From NCBI GenBank assembly GCA_965153355.1, contig OZ231126.1, positions 28,334,001 to 28,398,000 of the forward strand: a stretch of 64,000 bases of DNA, in the 5' to 3' direction. Position numbers and translations under genes: made by a program. This DNA is from Flaccisagitta enflata. Taxonomy: Eukaryota. A model generated the notes under the pieces. That model was not told where the DNA came from, ran no database searches, and saw nothing but the letters and a program-made list of their open reading frames with translations. This document shows, one piece after another, positions 1 through 12,467 of the stretch (position 1 is its first letter; every line of letters begins with the position of its first letter).

Positions 1-387
1 AACACCCTATAATCATAAATGCTATCGTCTGTTGCATCTTCGTTCCGACGTTCCATCCATGGTTCGTAACGCCATGCATATGCATGCCGGTTTGTCGGAG
101 TACAACGCAACACAAGGCTTTCCTGTCAATATAGTCAAGACAGTTTCACAAATAGCAGGAAATTTCGCTGTTTTTCAGCCGTGTAATGTCTACATATTTC
201 AACGTCGGCCGGTCGGTCGGTCCATCAGAAACATATCTAAATTGCATTCTTTTTTGCATTATTGGCCATGTGTTATCGTAAGAAACTAAGTGGATCATGC
301 TAATTTTTTTCTCCAAAATCGATGCCCATGTCTGCAGGTTTACCACGAGGTGGAAAAAAGAATGGCGTAACTTTTTAAAAAAGTTCG

Positions 388-867
388 GGTCTACTTTTAC
401 AAGAGGACCACACTCAAATTTTCAACTATCCTGGATATATAAGTATGGTTGACTGGTTGAGTCAAGGGTAAAGGTTGAGTTTAGGGGTAGGGGTGAGTTT
501 AAGGGTAGGGGTGAGTTTAGGGGTAGGGGTGAGTTTAGGGGTGAATCTAGGGGTAGGGGTGAGTTTAGGGGTAGGGGTGAGCTTAGGGGTAGGGGCGAGT
601 TTAGGGGTAGGGGTGAGTTTAGGGGTAGGGGCGAGTTTAGGGGTAGGGGCGAGGGTAGGGACGAGTTTAGGGGTAGGGGCGAGTTTAGGGGTAGGGGCGA
701 GTTTAGGGGTAGGGGCGAGTTTAGGGGTAGGGGCGAGTTTAGGGGTAGGGGCGAGTTTAGGGGTAGGGGTGGGGATGGGGGAAGGGGTGGGAGTAGGATT
801 GAGTTTAGGTTGTGTTAAATACAAAAACAGACCATAAGAAAGTGTGGTCTTCTTGTAAAAGTTTGCC
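388..867. mobile_element. Non-autonomous TIR element (MITE) with GG termini and 8-bp TSD, carrying a G-rich 18-bp tandem array (Merlin- or Mutator-like)
   Basis: ACTTTTACAAGAGGACCACACT (393-414) is a 21/22 inverted match to 841-862; AAAGTTCG flanks both sides (380-387, 868-875). Confidence 0.75.
477..772 (+). repeat. Telomere-like G-rich minisatellite, unit GAGTTTAGGGGTAGGGG(T/C), about 15 copies
   Basis: Read directly; two G4 runs per unit, contains TTAGGG. Confidence 0.9.
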
Positions 868-981
868 AAAGTTCGATACAAAGACCATATTTATGAAATT
901 TGTAAAACATGAACAATAAAGAATCGGCTCTTCATCACTGTAAGTTCCATAAAAGAATTCGCTTCATCCTCCGATCGAACT

Positions 982-2724
982 ATGTCTCGCCATCACTCGC
1001 TTCTCGCGCACGACTCGATCAAATCAGCTGAAGAGGAAGGGGAAGATGAGGAAAAGCAGGAAACAACTGCAGTTAACAACAGTGCCAGTGTCGCTGGACT
1101 CGATCCTCGCCACCAAAACGACTGTTCATCAGACGATATGGAGTCGAGTTTTCCTACTCGATCACTGCCATTTCAAAATTCGCCAAATGTATCGCGTCAA
1201 AATGTTCCGACCATTTCTCTCGAATCACCCGCCCAAAATTCGCCTTCACGCTCAAATTCCGACTCACAAGGAAACAGCAGCAGTACTATCAATTCATCTC
1301 ATTCAAACAGTAACATTAAAACAAATTACGTGGCAAACAATGTATACCAAACCACCAACAACAACAACAACAACTTTTATTTACCACAATTACAAAACAT
1401 CTTTGACCTCATTTCAAACGCATCCCAGTCATCAAACGATAACCAAAATAACGGAGAAGGAAAGCGACTGAAACCTGAGACGCCAGCGATTGCGAAGGAC
1501 AAAATTGTCGTGCGACAGAGTAAGAGCGGAACCAATTCGATTCAGACTAGTTTGGCCTTGCCAATACCCCAACACGAAAATAACTCAGTGAGTAAATTCC
1601 CTAAGACAGGAAGCACGGGGTCACCATATGAGCTAATACCCAACGAACCTATCAAAGTTCAGGTGCAAGAACTACGGGATGAGGCAGTGAATTTATCAGG
1701 GACGATAACGCTCTCCGCCGAGACTGATGTGACACTCGGTCTCAAAACCTCTTATGTGAAGGACCAACATGGTGTTTCGTATGCTGCAGAGTTGGAGGGG
1801 CCTGAAGTATCTTCTGTCCAGCCTTCATGTTCAATGATGTGTTCAAAACCGAAAAGAGGGAAAATGAACTGGGAAGTGAACAATGAAGATGAGTCAGAAA
1901 CGGACGAGGAACTCTCTCCGGATGAAGAAGACATCAGCAAAAAAAAGAAAAAAAGATCGTTCTCGAGAACCAAAAGTTACATCAAAAAACCAAGAAGTCA
2001 ATCAAAATCACTCAAAAAATCCATGACTTTGAAAACATCGGCTGGAACGATCAAAATGAAGAAAAACATATTCATAGAATATCCTAAATATTACGCAAAA
2101 ACATACCCACTCCACGCAGCTTGTCGGCATGGGGATGATGAACAGGTTCAAGCGTTGATCAATGTCCACAATGATCAACCAAATTACGTGAACAAAAAAG
2201 ATAATAGAGGTCGTACGGCCTTGATGATCGCTGTTTTGGAAGAAGAAGAGGATATTGTCAGTCTCCTTCTTGATCACAACGCGGCGGCTGATATTCCCGA
2301 CAAAACTAAACAAACCTGCCTGATGGCCGCGGTGCGAACTGATTCCATCGAATTGGTTCGTAAATTCCTCAGTTTGGGAGTTGATATGGATCCTACTGAC
2401 GAAAATGACGATACTGCGTTGCTGCTGTCAATAGAAGAAGGTCAAGAAGATATTGTAGGCGAACTGTTAGCTACTGGAGCAAATGTGAATCTACATAAAG
2501 GCGACAAATGCGTGATGCGACAAGCTTTAAAGTTGGACAGCGTGGCGAAGAAAAAGAGAATTGTTAAAAATCTGCTGGCTCATGGATATGACACAAGCTG
2601 GACGGATTCTAACGGGCTTTCATTGATGGAATGGGCAACGAAGCTGAGGAAGAGGAAAGGAGTTCAAGACTTGATCAAACAATATGTCACCGGTAAACAC
2701 CCGATGAACAAAAAATTGTATTGA
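982..2724 (+). CDS. Intronless ankyrin-repeat protein (580 aa): S/N-rich low-complexity N-terminus, acidic patch, basic NLS-like segment, about 5 C-terminal ankyrin repeats
   Basis: Long ORF with ANK motifs YPLHAACRHGD..VQALI, GRTALMIAV..DIVSLLLDHNA, QTCLMAAV..LVRKFLSLGVD, DTALLLSI..IVGELLATGANVN. Confidence 0.9.
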   Translation: MSRHHSLLAHDSIKSAEEEGEDEEKQETTAVNNSASVAGLDPRHQNDCSSDDMESSFPTRSLPFQNSPNVSRQNVPTISLESPAQNSPSRSNSDSQGNSSSTINSSHSNSNIKTNYVANNVYQTTNNNNNNFYLPQLQNIFDLISNASQSSNDNQNNGEGKRLKPETPAIAKDKIVVRQSKSGTNSIQTSLALPIPQHENNSVSKFPKTGSTGSPYELIPNEPIKVQVQELRDEAVNLSGTITLSAETDVTLGLKTSYVKDQHGVSYAAELEGPEVSSVQPSCSMMCSKPKRGKMNWEVNNEDESETDEELSPDEEDISKKKKKRSFSRTKSYIKKPRSQSKSLKKSMTLKTSAGTIKMKKNIFIEYPKYYAKTYPLHAACRHGDDEQVQALINVHNDQPNYVNKKDNRGRTALMIAVLEEEEDIVSLLLDHNAAADIPDKTKQTCLMAAVRTDSIELVRKFLSLGVDMDPTDENDDTALLLSIEEGQEDIVGELLATGANVNLHKGDKCVMRQALKLDSVAKKKRIVKNLLAHGYDTSWTDSNGLSLMEWATKLRKRKGVQDLIKQYVTGKHPMNKKLY

Positions 2725-2744
2725 TGCAACCACGCATGCACGTT

Positions 2745-3156
<412 letters not shown>

Positions 3157-3223
3157 GTGTCCCTTAGATCTCAGTCACAAAATTTCCATCCAACAACGTC
3201 TTATCCCCGCTGCGCCGTTGTAC

Positions 3224-4255
3224 ATGGAAGACTGGGACAACAAGAAGAATCCCGCGCCGCGTTTCCCCATCGGTGCCAGTTTCATCGCGGAAAACGTCGA
3301 TGGTCAAATCCTCATCTGGGGCGGGTGTCAGGGGCAACGAGGAAGAGGAGATACGACACTCCCTACAAACCGAATTTATAGTTACTCATTAGACCAGACG
3401 CTGAAATCCTCCGGCAATTGGCGCGTGATAGAAGCGACGGGCGAGATTCATTCCGGATCCGTGTTCGCCGCTTCCGCCGTCTTAAATCGGAAAATTTACA
3501 TTTATGGCGGCATTTCGGAATACGATTGGCCTGGTGACATGACCAACGCGCTTTCGACTCTCTCCTTCGATGGTCATTTCCAACGACTCGACCCTAAAAC
3601 ATTCGGCGAAGACGAGATGCCGGCGCCGAGACGGGATCATAGCGGGTTCGCCCACGATGGAAAAGTCGTCTTCCTCTGCGGTAGAGTCACGCAAATCGAC
3701 GAATCGAGGAAAGAGGATTTTAGATTATCTTCTATTTGGTTTTACACCAATGACTTTTACCAATACGATCCATCATCCAACTCCTTCTCCCGGCTTTTGT
3801 TGAGTGGCGCCCGACTTTCGCCTCGAGAAGATGTCGCCGTCGCGGTGACATGCGACAGCGTTTATCTTCATGGCGGCTACAACGGCAACATCGAAAGATT
3901 GAAAGACTTCTTCGTTCTCGACATGAAAAGCCATCAGCTGACGGAAATCAAAGACACGGGACTTCCAAACGGCGTTTTTGAACATACTCTGACGCCGATT
4001 GAGGATAAACATATTCTCATGGTTGGGGGCAGTAGAGGCCCCTCTGATGTCTCGAACAAAGTGATGCTGTTCGATGCCGAGAAACTCGAGTGGAAGGAAG
4101 AAGAGTCACTTTCCTCTGAAATCGGCGAAGGATTACGTGAACATCGCGCCGTGAAAATCGAAAAGGAAAATGGGGCTGCCATCGTTTGTGTCGGCGGATG
4201 GATCGAGAACGTAAAGCATCCTAACCACATGGTTATTTTTGATGTTACATATTGA
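3224..4255 (+). CDS. Intronless kelch-repeat (beta-propeller) protein, about 343 aa from the first ATG after the microsatellites
   Basis: Repeated kelch GG motifs: ILIWGG, IYIYGG, PAPRRDHS..VVFLCG, SPREDVA..VYLHGG, EHTLT..ILMVGG, EHRAV..IVCVGG; start codon inferred. Confidence 0.85.
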   Translation: MEDWDNKKNPAPRFPIGASFIAENVDGQILIWGGCQGQRGRGDTTLPTNRIYSYSLDQTLKSSGNWRVIEATGEIHSGSVFAASAVLNRKIYIYGGISEYDWPGDMTNALSTLSFDGHFQRLDPKTFGEDEMPAPRRDHSGFAHDGKVVFLCGRVTQIDESRKEDFRLSSIWFYTNDFYQYDPSSNSFSRLLLSGARLSPREDVAVAVTCDSVYLHGGYNGNIERLKDFFVLDMKSHQLTEIKDTGLPNGVFEHTLTPIEDKHILMVGGSRGPSDVSNKVMLFDAEKLEWKEEESLSSEIGEGLREHRAVKIEKENGAAIVCVGGWIENVKHPNHMVIFDVTY

Positions 4256-4424
4256 AACTGATCCAGGTGTTTCATTTATCAAAGTTTTGCCCATCCTAGC
4301 ATTTCAATACATTTACTCTCTAGGCTTTTGAAAACAAACTGAATTAGTTTGACTTTTTTACTCGTTTTCCTTACAAAACGTCGTGTTTTTTGTCACATTG
4401 TTTTGTTTTGTTTTGTTTTGATAA

Positions 4425-4495
4425 AAAAAGATGAAGACAGAAAGAGAGAAAGGAAGAAAAAAAAGAAAAAAAAGAAAAAAAGAAAAAAAGAAAAA

Positions 4496-4563
<68 letters not shown>

Positions 4564-4639
4564 AAAAAAAAAAAAAAAAAAAAAAAAGAAAGAAAGAAAG
4601 AAAGAAAGAAATAAAGAAAAAAAAAGATTGAATGAAAGG

Positions 4640-4678
<39 letters not shown>

Positions 4679-4694
4679 GAAAGAAAAAGACCGA

Positions 4695-4762
<68 letters not shown>

Positions 4763-4830
4763 ATGAAAGAAAGAATAGCAGTAGGAAAGAAAACAAAGGA
4801 AAGACTAAGATAGAAAAAAGAGATAGGAAA
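4425..4830 (+). repeat. (AAAG)n/A-rich purine tract
   Basis: Read directly. Confidence 0.9.
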
Positions 4831-5925
4831 CATGAAGAGTATGATGAATAGAAGTTAGATAGTAAGGAAGTAAGAGGGTCAGGAGGAAAAAAAGCGAGAA
4901 AGAAAGAGAGGATGAAAATAATAATGGAAGACAAGGAAAATGAAAGGAAAGGGGAGAGAAAAAGAGAAAGACAGAAAGAAAGAGTGTAACAAAACCAAAA
5001 ATTGGGGAAGGTAGAGGAAATGGGTAAACATGACGTATGAAAATGGGATCACGCCACTAAGGGCCATAAGTTGAGCTAGATTGAGCATAGGGGGAAAATT
5101 CCTCATGTCTGCAATATGGCTGAAACAATGTAGAATAGTCATAGTTAGATAGGAGTTAACATTACCGGTCCATATGGCATCATTTACGGCTATTTAGCAA
5201 TGAAAAAGTGACCTTCTATGGTCTAAATCGAGAAAATCGTGATATTTCATGAAAAATTAGTGTATTTTACAAACTTACTTTCTGACTACAGAAATGTATG
5301 TTTTTCGAAATTTTTTCTTCTAGTCCCCTCAATTAGTGTTAGAATGACTCAAACAAGTTGAAAACGAACACAATTATCATTTTTATAAACAAAAAAAATA
5401 GTCATTCAGAAACATGACGGCCATCTCATTTGCATATTGTTGTTACCCTATGGCTAAAAAAAATCGCACCAATCCGCACCAAATGAGCATGATGCCAAAA
5501 GGTCCCTCAAAGGGTGCCTAATCAACGTTGCTATCTCCCGTTCCGCCCAATTCACCGCCAAAGACGGTTTTATCCACTCAAAATCTGAAAAAAAAAAGCC
5601 AGAAAAAGTCTGTTTCCGCTCATCAGAACTCCCTCTCTCAGAAAAAAGTATTTAATAAGATCTCTTTAGCTTTTAAAATTTGGATTAACGAAAATTTGGT
5701 TTTGAAAAGCATTTTTTTAATTTCGAACCTGGGGCTGACTTCTGCACTTCCATATTTTCCAATGTTAAGTTTTTGAATTGTAAGAAAGAGAGAGATTGTA
5801 AGTCCATTTTTCCTTAAAGAAAGTTCATGTTTGTGTAAGGAAGGGTGGAGTATGAGTGAACCAATCTGATCCACAAAGGTTTTTCATTTGATGTGAATGA
5901 GAGAGAGAGAGATATAGAGATAGAG

Positions 5926-5988
<63 letters not shown>

Positions 5989-6066
5989 AACAGACAAATG
6001 GACAAACATACAGACAAAGAATCAAACCGAATCGAAAGGGAAAAGCAAAGATTTTTGCAGATACAC

Positions 6067-6222
6067 TTTTTTTTTAGTCGCGGACACGGGACTCTACACC
6101 TTGCCGTGTCGGTCGGTTGGTAGGTCGGTCCATCTGTCACATTTTTGAATTCCGAGCGGTTTCCGTATTACTGCTCCTGCCCAACCGTCCGCGACTGGAT
6201 TGCCGTGTATCCGGCCTTGTTT
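6067..6222 (+). mobile_element. Short Helentron-type element (HINE/DINE-1-like), representative of a family with more than 20 copies in the window
   Basis: T-run plus palindromic AGTCGCG..CGCGACT start, (GTCG/GTCC)n tract, CGCGACT repeated near the 3' end, hairpin GCCG-TGTATC-CGGC, ends CTTGTT. Other copies near 6646, 11943, 15085, 19391, 22890, 24003, 27870, 28580, 30513, 44605, 48541, 48610, 52280, 53378, 55991, 63750. Confidence 0.7.
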
Positions 6223-7085
6223 ATAAGAACATCATTTTTTGGGTAAACCTTCAATGTTCTCAAATTTTGGGCAGTTTCAAGGCTTTTGATTTAAATACAG
6301 TTTTCAACCTTTAGTTAAGAACGTTCTTAATTGGTTTGAGTTTGTCATCTTAGAGAAAATGAGGAAAAGTGTCAATGAAACAACAAAGCAGCAGGCTTAA
6401 ACATTTTAACTCAAGGTTAAGATCAATTAAAATAGAATGATATACTTTGTATTAAGTGAGACATGCCTTGCTGAACAGAAAGGATACCGAGTCTTGGTAG
6501 AAAGAAAATATTCTAAAATTTTTGATATTTCAAGCTTATGTTCTTAAACTTTTAAAGAAATGAAGCCTTCCAATGTTCTTAGCATGTTCTTAAATTTGTG
6601 ATGATTTGAAGCCTAACCTTCTTATAAACTTGGTTCTTATAAAAAAAACAAAGGCTGGATACACGGCTACCGAAGTCGCGTGCGGGTGGGCAGGGGCCAT
6701 ATTTGAGGTCACTAGACCATTTAGGCAAAAGCAGTAGGGCCAAAGAAATAAAATAATAAAAAAAAGTAAAATGTGACCGACGGATCGACCAACCGACCGA
6801 CGGACGGACGGACAAAGCGGGTTGTAGAGTCGCGTGCACAAGACTAAAAAAGTGTACTGCTGAGCAACCCAGCAAAATCCCTAACGCTTTTGATACTTTT
6901 TACCTAAAAATGAATATGAAATAAATCATAAAAATATCAAAATGTAATGCAACAATTCAGACAGAGTGATGCGGAAACAATTAAATATTTCCATAGAGGA
7001 GTAGATTCATTATCTCTGTAAATTCGGTAAATCAGGAAATGCAAGAGACTAGAGAACTTTGGTGATAAATAAATCAATTGACATA

Positions 7086-8408
7086 ACAGGGTGCGCAAAA
7101 TTATCCAGACTTGGCAGTTAATTTTCTTAAAAACCTTGTAAAAAAATGATTTTTGAAAGTATGAAGGGTAGATATGAAGAAATCTTCTTTTTAGCATTCA
7201 AAATCATTATTCACAAAGAATAAAAAAGTCAGAAATAAACCTTTTCAGGCAAATTTGACAAAGATAAAACACTCTTTAAAAAGATTCATTAAAAAAAACT
7301 GAAATTCTGTTGTTAGTCTTTCTTGCCCTTTAGGCTTAGTTTATTTGCTTTGGTGAGCTCAATTGATGTTGATTTAACTTACCTCCCTCAGCATAGTGTG
7401 TGTCAAGCCAAAACAAGGCCGGATACACGGGCCAAGACGGTGCGCCGAGCGTTATTAATTCATAGCTATCTCTAGCTCCATCAGACCTATCCCTAGCTCT
7501 TTCAGACCATTCCTAGCTCTATCAGACCTATCCCGCCAGGCGTTATTAATCCATAGCTACCCCTAGCTCCATCAGACCTATCCCTAGCTCTATCAGAACA
7601 TTCCTAGCTCTATAAGACCTATCCCGAGCTCTATCAGGCCTCTCCCGAGCTCTATCATACCTTTCCCGAGCTCTATCAGACCTATCTCGAGCTCTATCAG
7701 ACCCATCACCAGCTCTATCAGACCTATCCCAGCTCTATCAGACCTATCTCCAGCTCTATCAGACCTATCCTAAGACCTATCCGACCTATCACCAGACCTA
7801 TCCGACCTATCCCCAGCTCTATAAGACCCAACCGTAGCTGATTATATTAGTGAATGAAATGACGAGTATCATTCATGATGAACAAAATGAGTTTTCTATT
7901 GATTTCAAACATTTTTAGCGATTTTTCATTCGAACATGATCAAGGGATGGACGGACGGACGGACAGAGCTTCTTATAGAGATGCTATGGCACATCTAAAA
8001 ATCATCCTAGCATATTTCTGAATCTTTTCCAGTGATTTTTGCTTCTTTTCGAGATTTTCAACTCGAGCGTGACCAACCGACCAACCAACCAACCAACCGA
8101 CCGACAGACAGAGCCTCTTATAGAGGTGCTATGGCGCACCTAAAAACCACTACGGAGTAGGTACAAATACAAGAATCTATGATTTTGTAACCTACTTTGC
8201 CTATAGAATAAAATCCTGTTAAAATCAAAATCTTTGCTTCAAATGATTTAACTCCCATATTGACAAGGTAATTAAAAAAGACCTACAATCAATTCTAGCT
8301 TCTAGTGTAACTAGCTGGGGTACTCTAGCTTAAATTTCATAGTGATGGGTTACTTTAAAGTATGGATTTCTTTCTATGGAGCAAGTCCGGATAATTTGCA
8401 CACCCTGT
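7086..8408. mobile_element. Tc1/mariner-type MITE (TA flanks) with a HINE-like element and tandem array nested at about 7411-8146
   Basis: TA|ACAGGGTGCGCAAAATTATCCAGACTTG ... CAAGTCCGGATAATTTGCACACCCTGT|TA. Confidence 0.7.
7465..7830 (+). repeat. Tandem array of about 20-21 bp (AGCTCTATCAGACCTATCCC)
   Basis: Read directly, inside a HINE-like element. Confidence 0.85.
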
Positions 8409-8531
8409 TAAACCATAAATTCATTCATATCGATCTCTGTCTGTCATATTTGTCTGTTTGTCTATTTTTCTGTCTGTCTGTCTGTCTGTCTCTGTCTCTC
8501 TCTCGCTCTCTCGCTCTCTCGCGCTCTCTCA

Positions 8532-8580
<49 letters not shown>

Positions 8581-8597
8581 GATGAGAATTAAATCTG

Positions 8598-9150
8598 CAC
8601 TGTGGATCTGATTGAAAAATAACGATTGATATGAGTCTCAAACCACATGTATTATATATTATTATAAATCTAGAATTTGTAAATCTATCTCGTAATTCAA
8701 TTTCAAAAATCGTTTTCAGTATATTAACATTTACTGAAGCCAAATTATGTTTATCTAATTTTCATGAAAAATCAAGTGAAGAAAATGAGCTGAATGAGCT
8801 GAATGAGCAGGAGAATGAGTTCTTATGAACATTGAATTAAAAAAACTCATATCCAAGAGCTATACTTTGTGCATATATAATCAACTGTATAGCATTTACT
8901 TTCAATGATTAAAATAACAAAATGGTGATTTCTATTGGATTTTCTTCTATATTTCTTTCCTGTATTATCAGCTTGTAAGCCTTTAAAATCAGTAAAAATG
9001 AGACACTATTGTGTGAAAAAATCATACAATGTCTAAAAATATGCAGAAAAATGTTGTTTTATACATATGTGTGCTTTTGAGCGATGTGAAATGAGAATAT
9101 GTAAGGTAAACCCTCAATGCGCAGTCTAGCACACATTTTGGCCCACAGTG
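8598..9150. mobile_element. Possible degraded TIR element with CACTGTGG/CCACAGTG ends
   Basis: Short inverted ends only, no clear TSD. Confidence 0.3.
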
Positions 9151-9910
9151 CACGCGTTTCTCCCTTGTCCAGGTTGCCTTTCTTTTATTTCCGTGAAAAT
9201 TTCCATCAGCTGTGATTTCGTCCGTTAAACGAATGAGCTGAGAAAAACGCTGATTTTGTCTGTTGGACGGTATATCTATCTGTCAGTCGGCCTATCTGTC
9301 AGCCAGTCAGTCAGTCAGTCAGTCAGTTTGTCTCTCTGTCTTTCCATCTATCCGTCTGTCTGTCTGTCTGTCTGTCTGTCTGCCTGTGCATGGCAGTCAG
9401 TTTGTCTGTCTGCCTGCCTGTCTGTCTGTGTGTCTGTCTGTGTATCTGTCTGTCTGTCTGTGTGTCTGTCTGTCTGTCTGTCTGTATGTCTGTCTGTGTG
9501 TCTTTATGTCTGTCTCTCTGTGTGTCTGTCTGTCTGTCTGTTTGTCTGTTTGTCTGTCTTTTTGTCTGTCTAATAGACAGTGTCTATCCATTTCAAATCC
9601 ATGAAAAGTACTTGAATGGATAAGTAAACAGTGGTAATAACACCCCTATTTAACAAAGTTAAGCGTCGATAGCATTTCGTCGTAGTTTAGCTTAGATTCG
9701 TCGCAGCCAAATCTGTGACGAGAATAGACGTGGAATTGCCGTCTTAGGCTAGAGCTCATCGTTCTCTAAAGAATCCCTTCGGACTCCATAAGAAACAACC
9801 AATCACTGGTTCGCCGCCTAAAGTGCTCTTCAGTTTCTGAAGCCCACCCCCTGGCCCCTCCCCATTCCATATGAAATCATCATTTAATGATCTACCTCAT
9901 TGTAACCTAC

Positions 9911-10148
9911 CTCAGCGTTGACAGCGTTTCATCGTAGTTGATATCAGCTGGACTCAAAGCGGCGATTAGAATGGTTTTGGAATTGCCGCCTAAAGCGTTC
10001 TTCAAGAGTTTGGTCAAGACGGAGTCTCTGAAGGGGACGATGACTTTCTTGCCGTTGGCCGCGTCGACGAGAGCTTTGATGACGTTGCCCAAGGAACTCA
10101 ATGACTGATTGATAGCAGCGCCTTCTTTTAAACGGTCACCAGTTGCGC
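9911..10148 (-). CDS. Kinesin motor-domain exon (kinesin-3/KIF28-like)
   Basis: Encodes [64 protein letters not shown]; acceptor CTGCAG, donor GTAGGT; phase matches the exon at 50601-50852. Confidence 0.93.
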
Positions 10149-11024
10149 CTGCAGGGAGCAAGAAAGGGGAGAGTGGAGAGGGATGGGGGTAGAAAGGATG
10201 ATTAGAAGGCGTGATTTAAAACGAAATTGATTGATTGATTGATGCGGCTTCTTTTAAACGATCAACAATCGCGCCTGAATGGAGTAATATGGTGGGAAAG
10301 GGAAAGGGGAGAGGGGAAATAGGGAGGGGTGGCAAAGGAGGAGGAAAGGGAAAGAAAAATAGAATAGGTGAATAGAAGGCAAAAAATAGAATAGGTGAAT
10401 AGAATAGGTGAATAGAAGAAAAATAGAATAGGTGAATAGAAGGCATGATTTAAAACGAAATTGATTGATTGATGCGCCTTCTTTTAAACGGGGGTTGACA
10501 GGGGTAGAAAAGGGAGAGGAAAGTCTTAAGGATGGGGCTTCTTGAAAGAGTTTCCAGTCACGCTTGTATAGGTGATTGGATGGGAAGGGAGGGAAGAGTA
10601 GGGAGAGGTGGGTAGAGAGGGAGCGGAAAAAATGAAGAATAATTTTAAGAAACAAAATTGATTGATCATAGCGCCTTTTTTTAAACGGTCACCAGTCGCG
10701 CCTTCAGGGAGGGAAAAACGGGAGAAGTGTTGATAGAGGTGGGAGTGGCAAAGAGGGAGATGGATCAGAAAGAGTTAATTAAACACGGTTTGGACCGAGA
10801 GTACGTAATTCATGATTGATAAATCGCGGAGTCTGAATGGAGTAATGTGATGGGATAGGAAGGGAGAGAGTAAACGCATTCCACATTTCTACTGAACGGA
10901 ACAGGGACGTTGTAAAACAAAACGTGGGATTTCAAAGATGTTGCTCGTGCTTTCGGATCAGAGTAGTATAAGATATGGCAATAGAATATTCCTACTCCAA
11001 CCAAAGAAAACAAAGTCAACAAAT

Positions 11025-11462
11025 CTTAGTCGCGTGGTAAAAAAGGTAATTAAGGTAATTAAGGAAATTAAGGTAATAAAGGTAATAAAGGTAATAAGGG
11101 AATAAAGGAAAAGGTAACAAAGGTAAAGGTAATAAAGGTAAAGGCAATAAAGGTAAAAGTAATAAAGGTCAAAGTATCTAAAGTACCTAAAGTACCCTAG
11201 AGTACCCTTAAGTACCCTAAACAACCCTAAAGTACCCAAAATTTCCTTAAGTACCCAAAACTACCTAACGTAACACTAGATACCTACAGTAACCTATAGT
11301 ACCCTAAAGTACCCTAAAGTACCTTAAAGTACCCCAAAGTACCTTAAAGTACCTTTAAAAGGAAGATTTAGGCTTTATTTCAGAAAGGTTACCGACCGAC
11401 AGACCGACCGAAGGACCGACCGACCGACATAGCGTCTAGAGTCGCGTTCACGCGACTAAAAA
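11025..11462 (-). mobile_element. HINE-like element expanded by short tandem repeats (AAGGTAAT, AAAGTACCCT)
   Basis: AGTCGCGTTCACGCGACTAAAAA end plus GACC tract, internal 9-10 bp arrays. Confidence 0.6.
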
Positions 11463-12467
11463 CCTGAACTGAAAGATCTCCTGGCCTTGTAGTTGATTTT
11501 TCATCATGAGGCAGTCAATGTTGTTGTTGCTGTTGACAAACCAGACATAGAGAGGTGTGAAAACTGAAGACGAAAAAAAGATCGGAATTTTCTCTCTTTA
11601 AAGTTCAGGTGGAAAGAACAAAAAAGAAATAAAAGACAAAACATGGGGGGGGGGGGAACGTTGCCATAAAGGACGAAAAGGCGGAGACAAAACTGAGCAA
11701 AAGTGTCATTTTCAAACAAACGAACAAACGAACAAATGGGAGGGGAAAAGAGAAAAGAAAGAGAAGAATGGTTATTGAATCGTTACTGCAGAAGACAGGA
11801 AACAAAAGCAAGATGGAATGATCAACTGAGAAATGAGGGAATGAGGGAATGAGGAAATGAGAGAGAATCGAGACGTGACGAGAGTAAAGGAAGAAACAAG
11901 AATCTTTTTTTTTCGGAAGGAGTAAACTGGGATGTGCAGAGAACAAGGCCGGATAAACGTCTTCCCCAGTCGCGAGCGGGTGGGCAGGGACCGTATTTGA
12001 GGTCACTTGAGCATTTGGGCAGGAGCAGTGAGGCCCAAGACCGCAAAAACATAAAAAAGTAGCACGCGACTAAAAACAGCATGAGGATTAATGGGGAATA
12101 GGATAATGTGGAGGGTGGGGGGGGGGGGAAGAGGAGGGAAGTCATCATGGAAACTGGAAAGCAAAAGTGAGTCAGGCCCAAGCATCTAAAACGAATGACT
12201 GAACAATGAACAATAACAGATCGATCGATACTCACCCATAAGATCAATGGAGACTAGGATTTTCACTAAATGACTAGGATTACAATTCGATTCTGATTCT
12301 GTCATGAACAAGCATGTATTGAATAACGACTTGATTCATACTGTCATATCGACTCATATGATTCGCACAAATGGGCAGAGGAGGGACCCAGAGGTCGGTG
12401 GGTTGTGCCGGCGAGCAGGACAAAAACATCCAAAAGCATCTAAAAGCACAGGAAAGTTTCAGCAGAT

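Noticed and set aside
477..772. True telomere or chromosome end
   Set aside because: The unit is 18 bp, not (TTAGGG)n, and it is enclosed by TIRs and a TSD
462..881. ORFs PTPKLA.. / GVGASL..
   Set aside because: Translations of the 18-bp minisatellite inside a MITE
4349..4934. K/E/R-rich and F/L/S-rich ORFs, and similar ER/SL/CV/HT ORFs throughout the window
   Set aside because: Artefacts of (AAAG)n, (GA)n, (CA)n, (TTCA)n and (GTCT)n tracts
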